A DNA stretch of 63,993 bases, counting the filler, from a bacterium (lineage in GTDB: Bacteria; UBA9089; CG2-30-40-21; SBAY01): the NCBI GenBank assembly GCA_040757115.1. It is 8 parts of 8 records of this genome, joined end to end, with 100 filler letters (N's around TTAATTAATTAA, not from the genome) between each part and the next. Parts side by side here need not be neighbours in the genome. Positions count along the whole stretch, not along the records: positions 1 to 27,980 come from JBFLYA010000026.1; positions 28,081 to 33,356 come from JBFLYA010000259.1; 6 more parts are not named here. The stretch is one strand, 5' to 3'. The notes beneath the pieces are model-generated. The model had not been told where the DNA came from. It ran no database searches and saw only the letters and a list, made by a program, of their open reading frames with translations. A program made the translations under genes and the position numbers. Below are positions 19,901-30,567 of this stretch, in pieces; position 1 is the first letter of the stretch; the number at the start of each line of letters is the position of its first letter.

Positions 19901-22094
19901 GCTTCATATTCGAGATGATGGGATAGGTGTGGATGATTCGTCCATTGTGATGAAGGTAAATGATGTCCGTGTTTTCCCCATAATTATCCAGCCAATACAA
20001 AATCTTACCTTGATTTATCGACCGCCAGTATATTTTGGTTTTAATGAAGTGGTGAAAATAAATGTCATAGCAACGGATTTAGCCGGCAATACAATGACTC
20101 CAGTATTTTACACATTCACGACTACACTGGATAATCTCAGTCCTTCTATGACAGATATGATTCCTGCCCCAAATGCCACACAGATAGCCGTAGATACAAA
20201 TATTTCCCTCCATATTAAAGACCTCGGTGCGGGTGTGAAAAAAGACTCAATTTTGATGAAGGTGAACGGTCAAATAGTCACTCCGCTGATAAGTGGGACT
20301 AAAGAGGATTATACCATTTTTTATAACCCAATTTATGATTTTGAGGCAAATAAGCGGGTTTATGTTTATATCTATGCTGTAGATTTAGCCCAGATGCCAA
20401 ATGTCTTAGAACAAGAATATTTCTTTACCACGATTGATACCCATCCACCGTATGTTACAGACCAGATGCCCGCACCAGATTCCATTAATGCTCAACCGCA
20501 AACGGATGTTTTATTTCATATTAAGGATGATGGAATTGGCATAGATAAAACAACGATTAAGGTGATAATAAATGGAGCAACCATACCTTATCCTAATTAT
20601 CAAATTGATGGTTCGATTACAGATTTTACCTTTAGTTATAATCCGCCAGTAGATTTTGATTATAATCAAACCGTCTGGGTCACTATTATAGCTCGTGATT
20701 TTGTAGGAAATAGTCTAAATACGACCTATAAATTTTTTATCACAGATACCATTCCTCCTTACACCACAGACCATAAACCTGAAAAAGGAACTACAGGCGT
20801 ATTGATAGCCACTGAAATCGAGTTTCATATAAAAGATATTGGAGCAGGGGTAGATAAGACCTCTATCAATCTCTGGATAAACGGAAATAAAGTAGATGCC
20901 TTAGATATTACAGGAAATACATATCATTACATCGTTAAGCATAAACCTCAAATACCTTTTCAAATTGGGCAAATAGTCACCATCACGATTGAGGTAAAGG
21001 ATTTAGCAGTTTTGCCCAATACCCTTTATGAGGTTTATACCTTTACAACTAAATTTGATTATGACCCGCCAATGCTTCTCTGGGTAGTTGGAAAAGATAA
21101 TAACCATCTCATTGCTTTCTTTGATGATGAAAATCCACCAATAAATATTGGTAATGCAATGTTTCTTCTCTTTGAATCCAGAGCCCCACAAAAAACGATA
21201 AAGGTGTATTCTGCCAGTTTAGATGGAGGAAAAAATGTTAATTTAACAACAGATATTTTAAAAAACGAGGTATTTTATACATTGGTGGTAAATAATGTAA
21301 CCGATGCGGCAGGAAATCCTATTTTACCACCCAATAACCATGCTGAATTCTCCTTAAAAGACACACTGGAAGGGATAATTGAAAAAACGGATAACACTAA
21401 GGTAGAATTTTCACCAAATACCTTCGCGGAGAACATAGCCACGATTGAAATATATTCTTTGTCAGAAATAGCCACAATCACCCAGCAGGCAAATGATAAT
21501 GCCAGACAGAATAAAGAAATAAAGGGATTAGTTCCAAATACCACGCGGGTATTTATTGCCAGAAAGACAAATGGTGCTGAGGCTTTACCTGATGAGTTTT
21601 TAGCCAGCCCTGAGATAACGATTCCGTATCCTCCATTAGTTTCTAATCAGGAAGAAAAGGTATTTTATCGGATTTATCAATTAATTAACAATCACTGGGT
21701 AATAGTTCCTGGCAAACAAGAGGTAGATACCTTTGCGAACACTGTTAGTGTTAAGGTGCCACATTTTGGTATTTATCGGATTGCCGGTTCAAGTCCGGCA
21801 CCACAATTACCAGCCGATAAACTTATCAGTCAAACAGAGGTTTTCCCCAATCCATTTAAACCCAATCATTCCTTTATCTATTTCAGGAATTTTGCTGGAG
21901 CAATTACAATCAGGATATTCAACATTGTGGGAGAATTAATGAAAACGATAGAAATTCCAGCCGATGTCCATCAGCCGTATCCCTGGGATGTTAAGGATGA
22001 TGATGGCAAAGACCTGGCAACAGGAATTTATATCTATGTTATTACCAATTCAGTCGGGGATAAAGTTACTGGAAAGGTATCGGTTATCAGGTGA
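16974..22094 (+). CDS. Large secreted surface protein: FN3-like N-terminus, ~11 tandem Ig-like (SbsA/Big_5-like) repeats, C-terminal FlgD-Ig/T9SS-CTD-like domain
   Basis: Signal peptide ending ASSA. ~103-aa repeats D..PP...P...A..V..NT.I...D..SG...YTFTT. C-terminus FPNPF...IFNI.GE...WD..D..G..LATGIYIY. Confidence 0.85.
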   Translation: MTRLNILLCMLIIFIASASSAQQPKNIKHSNITATQFFVSWITDGVGTGAIKYGTNSANLNLIAYDERGEEIPDDVHHIRAVGVTAETTYYYDILSDGITYNNAGQHYTITTGTESIPPTGDNPGFGTITKFGNPVQNRSCIVYLKLQEKNTNNISALQSMLVTHPEGIWVTYLNSFTKSDLSGEFKYTVNSNYQLIIFAEGANEGAAGMILDIKDPPLHQPAPDLEIGSDTTPPFIDDPKPVFNATQVNVNSNITLHLKDTGYGADVNTLVMKINNTTVTPTKIGTPQDYYIFYIPAQPFEFGTQVKVSIYARDLATSANTLDTFYTFTTTSDPNPPVITGRIPAPNATEVAVDTNITIFLQDMDSGIATSTIIMKVNGERVYPQISGTLPKYCTLVYDPAQDFKYSQLVNVSLEVADNSSNPLQSTYTFMTKLDNTPPQTSVHIPQKNDTNVPINILILFNIIDEDAGVASSTIVFRVNGATITTYLLNEIPQGYFLYYDPPVDFDYGQIIDLYLQVEDFATVPNKLIENYTFTITTDIIPPKVIYRKPDIRETQVPVETNITVYIRDDELGVDKNSIVLFVNEENVTGKLTITGTKTEYLVNYDPTVHFDYNQVVRVRINAKDLANNPMPQDAYTFTTKIDDIKPYVTDHFPAKGTQGVKVDTTIMFNLKDNESGVNISTMIFFVEGIDVTLEVKITGTKSAYNIFYKPKDNFYYGQVVDIMIKTFDFGSNTVEEIYSFTSEPDMIKPEISDQFPPKWATQTPKNTDIRFIISDNESGINPETIILKVNGLPIYINKTPITPPKAYLIASNLLNFGYNEVVEIYIEAGDNFGNIATETYTFTTIQDKKKPYTAEHYPAPAAIDVPVDTNIIVSVCDDESGVVRENILLKVNNSTITTMSVFPILNGFTLIYDPIKNFNYGEEVLIYIKVEDKAGNLATQTYTFTITKDITPPYTSDYNPTPFAADVPINTDVVLHIRDDGIGVDDSSIVMKVNDVRVFPIIIQPIQNLTLIYRPPVYFGFNEVVKINVIATDLAGNTMTPVFYTFTTTLDNLSPSMTDMIPAPNATQIAVDTNISLHIKDLGAGVKKDSILMKVNGQIVTPLISGTKEDYTIFYNPIYDFEANKRVYVYIYAVDLAQMPNVLEQEYFFTTIDTHPPYVTDQMPAPDSINAQPQTDVLFHIKDDGIGIDKTTIKVIINGATIPYPNYQIDGSITDFTFSYNPPVDFDYNQTVWVTIIARDFVGNSLNTTYKFFITDTIPPYTTDHKPEKGTTGVLIATEIEFHIKDIGAGVDKTSINLWINGNKVDALDITGNTYHYIVKHKPQIPFQIGQIVTITIEVKDLAVLPNTLYEVYTFTTKFDYDPPMLLWVVGKDNNHLIAFFDDENPPINIGNAMFLLFESRAPQKTIKVYSASLDGGKNVNLTTDILKNEVFYTLVVNNVTDAAGNPILPPNNHAEFSLKDTLEGIIEKTDNTKVEFSPNTFAENIATIEIYSLSEIATITQQANDNARQNKEIKGLVPNTTRVFIARKTNGAEALPDEFLASPEITIPYPPLVSNQEEKVFYRIYQLINNHWVIVPGKQEVDTFANTVSVKVPHFGIYRIAGSSPAPQLPADKLISQTEVFPNPFKPNHSFIYFRNFAGAITIRIFNIVGELMKTIEIPADVHQPYPWDVKDDDGKDLATGIYIYVITNSVGDKVTGKVSVIR

Positions 22095-22206
22095 GTGGTG
22101 TCCGGATAAAATCTGTATTTATTAGCCGGGTATCTATTTTCTTTATGTTAAAATCTTGAAAATCTGCGTTTATCTGCGTCCCCAAAAAGAGGAAGGAATA
22201 CATCTT

Positions 22207-22941
22207 ATGGTTAGCTGGTTAATATTTGTTAGTCTCTGGTTTATTGCATTGTCCTGCAGATTTAACTGGTGGAGAAAGGATAAACCAGGCATTCCTATTT
22301 TAATGTATCACAACATTGGTGTTGCACCCAAAACTGCAAATAATAAGAAATTATGGGTAACTGAACAAAAATTTAGACATCAGATGGCTTATTTGTATAA
22401 CTATGGCTATCAACCGATTACCTTTAAAGACCTTAGTTCTTTGCCAGATAACCCGGTGATTATTACCTTTGATGATGGGGCAAAAAATAATTATACGGTT
22501 GCCTTTCCCATTCTTAAGCAGTATAACTTTAAGGCATGTATGTTTTTATCTACCGCTCGCAGTGAACTCTCAACCGCAGAATTAAAAGAAATGCAAGATT
22601 TTGGAATAGAATTTGGCTCTCATACGAATACTCATCCAAATTTGCGCAAGATTAGTGAGGATACCGCAAAGGAAGAAATAACAGGCTCTAAAAAGATATT
22701 AGAAGAAAGATTGAACACACAAATCATTGCCTTTGCCTATCCTTATGGGGCAGGGGCTTATGATGAGAAAATTAACCAGATGGTCAAAGAGGCAGGATAT
22801 ACCTATGCCTGCGGCATCCGACAGGGAAAAGTAACTCTGCCCATAACAACTCCATATTGCTTAAAACGATTACTTATTCGGGGGGATGATTTAATGATTG
22901 ATTTTATACTTAACTTACGAAAAGGTCGAAGTCGATTTTAA
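22207..22941 (+). CDS. Polysaccharide deacetylase (CE4/NodB-like)
   Basis: ILMYH, ITFDDG, GSHTNTH and FAYPYG motifs. N-terminal TM. RBS before ATG 22207. Confidence 0.9.
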   Translation: MVSWLIFVSLWFIALSCRFNWWRKDKPGIPILMYHNIGVAPKTANNKKLWVTEQKFRHQMAYLYNYGYQPITFKDLSSLPDNPVIITFDDGAKNNYTVAFPILKQYNFKACMFLSTARSELSTAELKEMQDFGIEFGSHTNTHPNLRKISEDTAKEEITGSKKILEERLNTQIIAFAYPYGAGAYDEKINQMVKEAGYTYACGIRQGKVTLPITTPYCLKRLLIRGDDLMIDFILNLRKGRSRF

Positions 22942-22942
22942 G

Positions 22943-23688
22943 ATAAGTCCACGGCGTGAATACAAAGAACAATGAGAATAGCACGCTGATGACGCGGAGG
23001 TCGCGGATATTTCGCGGATAAAAAATATATTATACTCGATATTCAAGTTTTTTAAAGATATAAAGATTTAACCGCAAAGAGCGCAAAGGAAGATTTCGCA
23101 AAGGACGCAAAGGAAGAAAAGAAACACTCTGCGGTGAACGGTTACTCAGATGGTAAATGAGGATTGCTTATAAATTTCAATGTATTAAGACTCTAAGGAG
23201 GGAATTAAAAGGGTGGTGAACAACCTATAATCTTTGCGTTCTTTGCGGTTAATTTCTTTGCGTTCTTTGCGGTTAAAAAAGGATAAACCACTTAATGTTA
23301 AAAAAACTTGAATATCGAGTTATAGAAAAAATCAGCTAAAATCCCTTAAATCCGCGTTATCCGTGTGCTATTTTAACATTATTTTCAAGAAAAAACTCTC
23401 ATAACCTTTGGTTCACAAATGAGGATGAAAATAGTGGTAGGAGATAGAAGGTGGGAGGTAAGGAGATAGTCGTGAGGAGTGATGTTTTCTTTACTCTCTA
23501 CTTTCTACTCTCTACTCTCTACTTCCTATTTTCAGGGGAAACGGTCATGAACCGTGGGTTCACAAATGAGGATGAAAATAGTAGGTAGGAGATAGAAGGT
23601 GGGAGGTAAGGAGATAGTCGTGAGGAGTGATGTTTTCTTTACTCTCTACTTTCTACTCTCTACTCTCTACTTCCTATTTTCAGGAGAA
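22943..23688 (+). repeat. Tandem array of three TGAAAAT/ATTTTCAG units
   Basis: Junctions at 23381-23432 and 23528-23579. Units 2 and 3 share cargo, which is also inverted at 33137-33232. Confidence 0.75.
23035..23319. mobile_element. CTCGATATTCAAGTTTTTT TIR MITE carrying a GxxExxY 3' remnant between CGCAAAG/CTTTGCG repeats
   Basis: TIRs with 5-bp TSD TTATA. Remnant [20 protein letters not shown] at ~23160-23230. Confidence 0.75.
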
Positions 23689-23738
23689 CATCAGCGCTAA
23701 TCTGCGGTAAAATCTTGTAGGAAATAAAAGGTGATTTT

Positions 23739-26300
23739 ATGAGATTTGATAGATTAACATTGAAGGCTCAAGAGGCTGTTGCTCAGGCACAGGAAATTGC
23801 CCAGGAAGAAGGACATCAGGAAATAACACCAGAACATCTTTTACTTGCCCTGTTAAAACAGAAAGAAGGGATTGTTATTCCACTGCTTGGAAAATTGGGA
23901 ATAGACCCACATCAGTTGGCAGTTCAAGTTGAGGGAGAACTAAAGAAACTTCCCAGAGTTTCAGGTCCCGGGGCTGGCCAGATATATCTTTCTCCGCGGC
24001 TAAATCAGGTATTTAATGAAGCGACAAAGATAGCTAAAACACTTAAGGATGAATATATCAGCACCGAACATATCCTGATGGCAATTGTTCACGAAAATAA
24101 ACAATCTGGAATAAATAAAGATGATTTACTCAAAGCATTAGTAAGTCTTCGTGGGAGTCATCGTGTAGTTGACCAGACACCGGAAGATAAATATCAAGCC
24201 TTAAGTCGATACACTCGGGATTTGACTGATTTTGCCAGACGGGATAAACTTGACCCGGTCATTGGTCGGGATGAGGAAATAAGACGGGTGATGCAGGTTT
24301 TATCAAGGAGAACCAAAAACAACCCGGTGCTTATTGGTGAGGCTGGGGTAGGTAAAACGGCAATTGTTGAAGGATTAGCATTGCGAATTGCCTCTAATGA
24401 TATTCCGGAATCCTTGCGTGGGAAAAGGGTTTTGGCATTAGACATTGGTTCACTTATCGCGGGCACAAAATTCAGAGGTGAGTTTGAAGACCGTCTCAAG
24501 GCAGTTTTGAAGGAAATAGAAGATAGTGAAGGGGCAGTCATTCTTTTTATGGATGAACTGCATACCTTAGTTGGAGCTGGTGCGGCTGAAGGGGCAATTG
24601 ATGCCTCAAATATGCTTAAACCTGCCCTGGCAAGAGGAGAACTCCGCTGTATTGGTGCAACTACACTTGATGAATACCGCAAATATATTGAAAAAGATGC
24701 CGCTCTGGAGCGACGATTTCAACCGGTTTATGTCGATGAACCAACGGTTGAAGAAACTATTGGTATCCTGCGTGGGCTTAAGGAAAAATATGAGATTCAT
24801 CACGGCGTCAGGATAACCGATGCGGCTTTAGTTTCTGCCGCTAACCTCTCGGCACGCTATATCTCTGACCGTCAACTTCCTGATAAGGCAGTTGACCTGA
24901 TGGACGAAGCCGCTTCACGATTGAGAATCGAAATTGACTCACTCCCTGAAGAATTGGATGAAATTAGACGCAAGATTATGCAACTCGAAATCGAATCCGA
25001 GGCATTGAAAAAAGAAGATGATAAGAAATCCAGAGAACGACTGGAAGAAATTATCCAGGATTTAGCCAATCTTAAAGAAGATGAAAAAAAACTCACCACA
25101 CAATGGCAACTTGAAAAGGAGTCTATCTCCAGAATTCATCAGGTTAAATCTGAGTTAGAGGAAAAAAGATTTGAAGAACAACGGGCACAACAGATGGGAG
25201 ATTTAGAAAAAGCCGCAAAACTCAAATACGCCACCATTCCGGAATTACAAAAGAAATTAGAAGAAGAAAATAAAAAATTAGAACAAGCAAAAAGAATGTT
25301 AAAAGAAGAGGTGGATGAGGAAGATATTGCTGAAGTAGTCTCCAGATGGACAGGCATTCCCGTAGCAAAAATGCTGGAAACAGAAAAGGAAAAATTACTT
25401 CAAATGGAGGATAAACTTAAAAATCGGGTGATTGGTCAAGAAGAGGCAATTATGGCTGTAGCCAATGCTGTCCGTCGGGCAAGGGCTAATCTGGATGAAG
25501 AAAATCGGCCACTGGGTTCATTTATTTTTCTGGGTCCAACAGGCGTGGGCAAAACTGAACTGGCAAAAAGTCTTGCCTGGTTTTTATTTGACGCAGAAGA
25601 AGCAATGGTCAGAATCGATATGTCTGAATATATGGAAAAGCACTCAGTCGCAAGGTTGATAGGTGCACCACCAGGCTATGTTGGCTTTGAAGAAGGCGGA
25701 CAACTGACCGAAACTGCCCGCCGCAGACCTTACTGCGTTATCCTCTTTGATGAGATAGAAAAGGCACATCACGATGTCTTTAACATCCTTTTGCAGGTTT
25801 TGGATGATGGTCGGCTAACCGATGGTCAGGGAAGAACCGTCAATTTTAAGAATGCCATTATTATTATGACCTCCAATCTTGGCTCAAATTTAATTCAAGA
25901 AATAGAAGATGAATTTGAACTTAAACGCCAGATGAATGAAGTCTTACGAGCGAGTTTTAGACCTGAATTTCTGAATCGAATAGACGAAATTATCATCTTC
26001 CATCGGCTAAATAATGACCAGATAAAACAAATTGTTAACCTTCAGTTGAAAAGACTTGTGGATAAATTGGCAAAACAGGGGATTGGACTTAAGGTAACTG
26101 AATCAGCAAAAGAGTTATTGGCAAAAGAAGGATTCGACCCAACCTTTGGGGCAAGACCACTTAAACGCACGATTCAGCGACTTATTCAAAACCCATTAGC
26201 CCTAAAATTAATTCAAGGCGAATTCAAAGAAACAGATGTTGTGGTGGTTGATTATGACAACAAACTCCCAACTCAACTTAGCTTTTCCAGACAAAAATGA
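23739..26300 (+). CDS. clpB: ATP-dependent chaperone ClpB
   Basis: Clp N-domain, two AAA+ modules ([16 protein letters not shown]) and a long coiled-coil M domain. Confidence 0.97.
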   Translation: MRFDRLTLKAQEAVAQAQEIAQEEGHQEITPEHLLLALLKQKEGIVIPLLGKLGIDPHQLAVQVEGELKKLPRVSGPGAGQIYLSPRLNQVFNEATKIAKTLKDEYISTEHILMAIVHENKQSGINKDDLLKALVSLRGSHRVVDQTPEDKYQALSRYTRDLTDFARRDKLDPVIGRDEEIRRVMQVLSRRTKNNPVLIGEAGVGKTAIVEGLALRIASNDIPESLRGKRVLALDIGSLIAGTKFRGEFEDRLKAVLKEIEDSEGAVILFMDELHTLVGAGAAEGAIDASNMLKPALARGELRCIGATTLDEYRKYIEKDAALERRFQPVYVDEPTVEETIGILRGLKEKYEIHHGVRITDAALVSAANLSARYISDRQLPDKAVDLMDEAASRLRIEIDSLPEELDEIRRKIMQLEIESEALKKEDDKKSRERLEEIIQDLANLKEDEKKLTTQWQLEKESISRIHQVKSELEEKRFEEQRAQQMGDLEKAAKLKYATIPELQKKLEEENKKLEQAKRMLKEEVDEEDIAEVVSRWTGIPVAKMLETEKEKLLQMEDKLKNRVIGQEEAIMAVANAVRRARANLDEENRPLGSFIFLGPTGVGKTELAKSLAWFLFDAEEAMVRIDMSEYMEKHSVARLIGAPPGYVGFEEGGQLTETARRRPYCVILFDEIEKAHHDVFNILLQVLDDGRLTDGQGRTVNFKNAIIIMTSNLGSNLIQEIEDEFELKRQMNEVLRASFRPEFLNRIDEIIIFHRLNNDQIKQIVNLQLKRLVDKLAKQGIGLKVTESAKELLAKEGFDPTFGARPLKRTIQRLIQNPLALKLIQGEFKETDVVVVDYDNKLPTQLSFSRQK

Positions 26301-26320
26301 TATTCTGATTAAAGGAAAAT

Positions 26321-27577
26321 ATGTTCACATTAAAGCAAATATTGCAACTTAGAAAATCCTTCAATGAGGTGAAGGAAAGAAAAAAGAAAAAAAGGTTTAA
26401 GATAAACAAAGGACTATTGCGAAGGTTTCGTGAAGAAAGTGTGGGCAACCAAAAATTACTCCAAAAAACAGTTGACCAGTTAAAATCCAATGGTATCAAA
26501 GTTATTTTAGCCGAAAAAAAAGATGATGCCTTAAATTTCTTAAAAGAAGAACTCAAAGATTATAATGTTATTGTCAAATCTAAATCAAATGTCTCCAAAG
26601 AACTTAAAATTACAGACTTTTTAAATGAGCTGGGAAAAACTGTTGTGGAAACCGACATTGGCGATAGACTTCTTCAGATTACAAATGAAAAGCCTTCTCA
26701 CCCAACCGGTCCCGCAAGTCATCTCTCCATAAATGATATTCAACTGGCTCTGGAAAATTACTTCGGACATAAAATAAGTAATGTTCCAGAAGAGATTGTG
26801 GCTGAGATAAAAAAGGATATAATTTCGTATATCAATAAGGCAGAAGTGGCAATTGTTGGAGCAAATGCGATTACCGCAGATGAAGGAGCAATTGTCATTA
26901 TCCATAATGAAGGGAATGTCTCGGAAATAATTCAAAAAACGAATAAATTGATTGTGGTTACTGGCGTGGAGAAGATATATAATAATTTGGAAAATGCCAT
27001 AACTATGGTTAAGGCTTTGACTTACAACGCCACTGGAGCAAAAACAACCTCATTTATCAACATTATCACGGCTCCAAGTAAAACTGCGGATATAGAGAAA
27101 AAGCTTATCAAGGGTGTTTATAGCCCACAAGAAATAGTCGTAATCCTCCTTAATAATAAAAGAGAACAGATTAGTCAAAGTAAGTTTAAAGAATTATTAT
27201 ATTGTATTGGTTGTGGTTTCTGCTTGGTTGCCTGTCCGATGTATTTAACTGTTGGAGATAGATACGGTGTGGATGAAAATATCGGCGGGAGAGGTATTTT
27301 ATTATCTTATTTAAGGGATGAAAACAAACAGGCGGCAAAAACAGCTAATCTTTGTCTGAGTTGTTTTAATTGTAAAAAAAACTGCCCGATAAATATTAAT
27401 ATTCCGAGGATGATGTGGCAGATACGGAAGATGGAGGGGCAAAATAATTTAGTTGCTTTTATATATGCTCATCTTGTCTATATAGTTAATTCATTTAAAC
27501 TAAATGTAACAAAATTGGGGAATTTTGATAGACAAAAAGCGTTAGTGGCGGAGAGGGTGGGATTCGAACCCACGTGA
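26321..27577 (+). CDS. LUD-domain 2x[4Fe-4S] protein (LutB-like)
   Basis: VKSKSN, ETDIGD, PSHPTGPA.H, NEGN and PSKTADIE motifs; two CxxCxxCxxxCP motifs. Confidence 0.85.
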   Translation: MFTLKQILQLRKSFNEVKERKKKKRFKINKGLLRRFREESVGNQKLLQKTVDQLKSNGIKVILAEKKDDALNFLKEELKDYNVIVKSKSNVSKELKITDFLNELGKTVVETDIGDRLLQITNEKPSHPTGPASHLSINDIQLALENYFGHKISNVPEEIVAEIKKDIISYINKAEVAIVGANAITADEGAIVIIHNEGNVSEIIQKTNKLIVVTGVEKIYNNLENAITMVKALTYNATGAKTTSFINIITAPSKTADIEKKLIKGVYSPQEIVVILLNNKREQISQSKFKELLYCIGCGFCLVACPMYLTVGDRYGVDENIGGRGILLSYLRDENKQAAKTANLCLSCFNCKKNCPININIPRMMWQIRKMEGQNNLVAFIYAHLVYIVNSFKLNVTKLGNFDRQKALVAERVGFEPT

Positions 27578-27640
27578 GACTTTTTAGAGCCCCAAACCGC
27601 TTTCGAGGCGGTCCCGTTATGACCACTTCGGTACCTCTCC
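27546..27640 (-). tRNA. tRNA-Ser(CGA)
   Basis: GGAGAGG acceptor stem, anticodon arm ACCGC-CTCGAAA-GCGGT, long variable arm, GGTTCGAATCC and encoded CCA. Confidence 0.95.
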
Positions 27641-27769
27641 TCTCTCCTCCGTTTTATCCGTGCTAATCCGTGTTAATCAGTAGTGGTGTCTGAAAATAAC
27701 TCTAATAGTGAAATCTATGCAGATTTGGTGTCCAAAAGGGATTTCCTCCAAAGAGCAAAATGCAAAACT

Positions 27770-27975
27770 CGTTTATAGTTTATAGTTGATAGTTTATGGT
27801 TTATAGTTTATGGTTTATAGTCCTTCAACTATCAACTATCTACTATCAACTATATTCCTCCAACTCTTTGAGAAACCCTGCTACTTCCTCTTTGAAATTT
27901 GATTTGTAATTTTGCATTTTGATATTTATATTTGATATTTAATATTTAATATTTGATATTTATTTGTTGTCTCCC
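27770..27975. repeat. Heptamer-periodic repeats (TTATAGT/AACTATC; ATATTTG)
   Basis: Inverted arms; related copies at 56030-56260. Confidence 0.7.
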
Positions 27976-27980
27976 TCAAA

Positions 27981-28080
27981 NNNNNNNNNNNNNNNNNNNN
28001 NNNNNNNNNNNNNNNNNNNNNNNNTTAATTAATTAANNNNNNNNNNNNNNNNNNNNNNNNNNNNNNNNNNNNNNNNNNNN
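27981..28080. other. Artificial contig linker (also 33357-33456, 38722-38821, 44037-44136, 49331-49430, 54599-54698, 59846-59945)
   Basis: Identical 100-nt N-TTAATTAATTAA-N spacers. Confidence 0.98.
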
Positions 28081-28084
28081 GGAT

Positions 28085-29500
28085 ATGAAAGAGGATAAAT
28101 TCAGAGACGAATGTGGCATTTTTGGCGTTTATGGTCATCCAAAGGCAGGCAGATTAACATATCTTGGTATATTTGCCTTACAACACCGTGGACAAGAAAG
28201 TGCCGGGATTGTTACTTCAAATGGGAAGGAATTAATTCCTCATCGTGGAATGGGGCTGGTGACAGAAGTATTTAACACCCCATCTCTCCGAGAATTACCT
28301 GGCAAAATAGCGATGGGGCATGTTAGATATTCTACGACTGGCGGTAGTCGAGCTGAAAATGCCCAACCACTGACGATATATTCTTCAAAAGGCCAATTAG
28401 CCATCGGACATAATGGTAACCTGGTTAATACTACACAGATACGCTCTAAATTAGGAAGAAAAGGGGCTACTTTTCAAACGACATCAGACTCAGAAGTTAT
28501 TATCCAGCTTATCACCCATTCTAAAATGCCACAATTACATGATGCCATAAGAGATGCCCTGTCAAATGTTAAAGGGGCATACTCGCTGTTATTAATGACC
28601 TCAGATGAATTAATTGGAATTCGTGACCCCTATGGAGTTAGACCGTTATGTATTGGCAAACTGGGAAAGGCATATATCTTTGCTTCAGAAACCTGTGCCT
28701 TAGATTTAATTGGAGCGGAATATCTTCGTGATGTCGAACCTGGGGAAATGGTTGTTATCAATCGCAAAGGATTGAAATCTTTACAGGCTATTCCTTCCTC
28801 TCAATGTGACCTCTTTGCTGAAGAAAAACTCCTGCCTAAAAAAGAGGCACAATGTATCTTTGAATTTATCTATTTTGCTCGACCTGATAGTAAGGTCTTT
28901 GGTGAAAATGTCTATCTGATAAGAAAAGAATTAGGCAGACAATTAGCGAAAGAATATCCCATAGAAGCAGATGTAGTTATTCCCATTCCGGATTCAGGGG
29001 TATCGGCGGCATTGGGTTTTGCTGAAGAATCTAAAATTCCGTATCAATTAGGATTGATGCGTAATCACTATGTCGGCCGCACATTTATTGACCCAAAACA
29101 ATCAATTCGAGAATTAGGTGTCCAGATAAAATTAAATCCAGTGCGTGAAGTGATAGGAGATAAAAGAGTGGTTGTGATTGATGATTCCATTGTTCGCGGA
29201 ACTACCTGTCAGAAAATAATGAATCTGCTTCACAAGGCAGGTGTAAAAGAAATACATCTCCGCATAAGCTCCCCACCTATCAGATTCCCTTGTGTTTATG
29301 GAATTGACACCCCAACGACAAAGGAATTAATCGCCGCAAATTACTCCCTTGAAGAAATAAAAAGATTTATGAATGTAGATACCCTGGGGTATTTAAGTAT
29401 TGAGGGACTTCTAAGACCTATTGAAGATTCTATTAAAACTTTTTGTCTGGCTTGTTTCAATGGAAAGTATCCGATTAAAGGAAAAGGTAAGCCTTTTTAA
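28085..29500 (+). CDS. purF: Amidophosphoribosyltransferase
   Basis: ECGIFG, LQHRGQESAG, GHVRYST and VIDDSIVRGTT motifs. Confidence 0.97.
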   Translation: MKEDKFRDECGIFGVYGHPKAGRLTYLGIFALQHRGQESAGIVTSNGKELIPHRGMGLVTEVFNTPSLRELPGKIAMGHVRYSTTGGSRAENAQPLTIYSSKGQLAIGHNGNLVNTTQIRSKLGRKGATFQTTSDSEVIIQLITHSKMPQLHDAIRDALSNVKGAYSLLLMTSDELIGIRDPYGVRPLCIGKLGKAYIFASETCALDLIGAEYLRDVEPGEMVVINRKGLKSLQAIPSSQCDLFAEEKLLPKKEAQCIFEFIYFARPDSKVFGENVYLIRKELGRQLAKEYPIEADVVIPIPDSGVSAALGFAEESKIPYQLGLMRNHYVGRTFIDPKQSIRELGVQIKLNPVREVIGDKRVVVIDDSIVRGTTCQKIMNLLHKAGVKEIHLRISSPPIRFPCVYGIDTPTTKELIAANYSLEEIKRFMNVDTLGYLSIEGLLRPIEDSIKTFCLACFNGKYPIKGKGKPF

Positions 29501-29534
29501 TGCTACCTGATTTCCATTACACATAACCTCAACG

Positions 29535-30542
29535 GTGTCTTACAGATTAAAAGAAATGATGAGGATTGAGATAAATGATAAGGGAATAAAATTAAATATG
29601 CTCTGGTTAAAATCTACGATTGGTTGGGATGATGTCCTTGGGCTTACGACTGAATATGACCAACGATCAGGACGGTTTATAACCACCATTACCACATCCG
29701 AGGTTAATATTACGGATATTTATCGGCCTGTATTTGATTCAAACACAAAAGGATATTGTCAAATTTTACATCAAATCCTGAATAATTCGCCTAATGCCAC
29801 GATAGATTTAACTACAGAAATCTTTGCCAATTTTCCTGACCCAGCCCTTAATGATGAAAAGGAGTATAGAGATAGATTAGGCTATAACCCGGCTGATGTT
29901 ATCTCACGGTTGAATTTAGCCTATATTTATCTTCAGCAAGTTGAATTAAAAAAAGCCATAAAACAACTTAAGGAAGTCATCAGGCAACTTTCGACTAATT
30001 TTGAGGCATATTTTGTGCTTGGTTGCATCTTTTTAATTAAAAAATCCGAAAAAAAGGCAATAATCTTTTTTGAGCAAGCATTTCAGTATAACCCCAATCA
30101 TCTGACGAACAAAAGATATTTATCACGGGCATATTTTTTGAATGGTAAAACAGCCAGAGCAATTACCTTACTTGAAAATAATATTAAAATAGACCCTTAC
30201 CATTTTGAATCTTATATAGACCTTTGCGAAAATCTTGTTGCGACGAATAAATATGACCAGGCTCTGGCTAAATTGAAAGAGGTTGCAGAAGCAATAAATA
30301 ATTATCGTCAAAGGGCGAAAGAGGAATTCCCCCCTGCTGAATTAGTTAGGTTAAAAAGAATTGAGAAGACCATTGAAGAAAAATCAGGTTATGTGGAAAG
30401 GATTAAAACAGATACATCTTTCCGGAGAAAAATAAAGGCAAAGAATATGTCCATAAAAATATTAACTATCCTGGCGATTATTGGGATGATAATTTCAATC
30501 CTGATGAAGATAATAGAGATATTCTTCCATTCACTTCCTTAA
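29535..30542 (+). CDS. TPR-containing protein with C-terminal membrane anchor
   Basis: Several TPR-like repeats and a hydrophobic C-terminus. The start codon is uncertain. Confidence 0.75.
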   Translation: MSYRLKEMMRIEINDKGIKLNMLWLKSTIGWDDVLGLTTEYDQRSGRFITTITTSEVNITDIYRPVFDSNTKGYCQILHQILNNSPNATIDLTTEIFANFPDPALNDEKEYRDRLGYNPADVISRLNLAYIYLQQVELKKAIKQLKEVIRQLSTNFEAYFVLGCIFLIKKSEKKAIIFFEQAFQYNPNHLTNKRYLSRAYFLNGKTARAITLLENNIKIDPYHFESYIDLCENLVATNKYDQALAKLKEVAEAINNYRQRAKEEFPPAELVRLKRIEKTIEEKSGYVERIKTDTSFRRKIKAKNMSIKILTILAIIGMIISILMKIIEIFFHSLP

Positions 30543-30567
30543 TCTCAGCCTGATAGTTCCCACGAAT

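Noticed and set aside
22943-23688. CRISPR array
   Set aside because: The repeats vary internally, the spacers are ~100-400 bp low-complexity or duplicated, and there are no cas genes.
27981-28080. TTAATTAATTAA within N runs as a biological motif
   Set aside because: Identical artificial linkers with all-frame stops. Cross-linker synteny was ignored.
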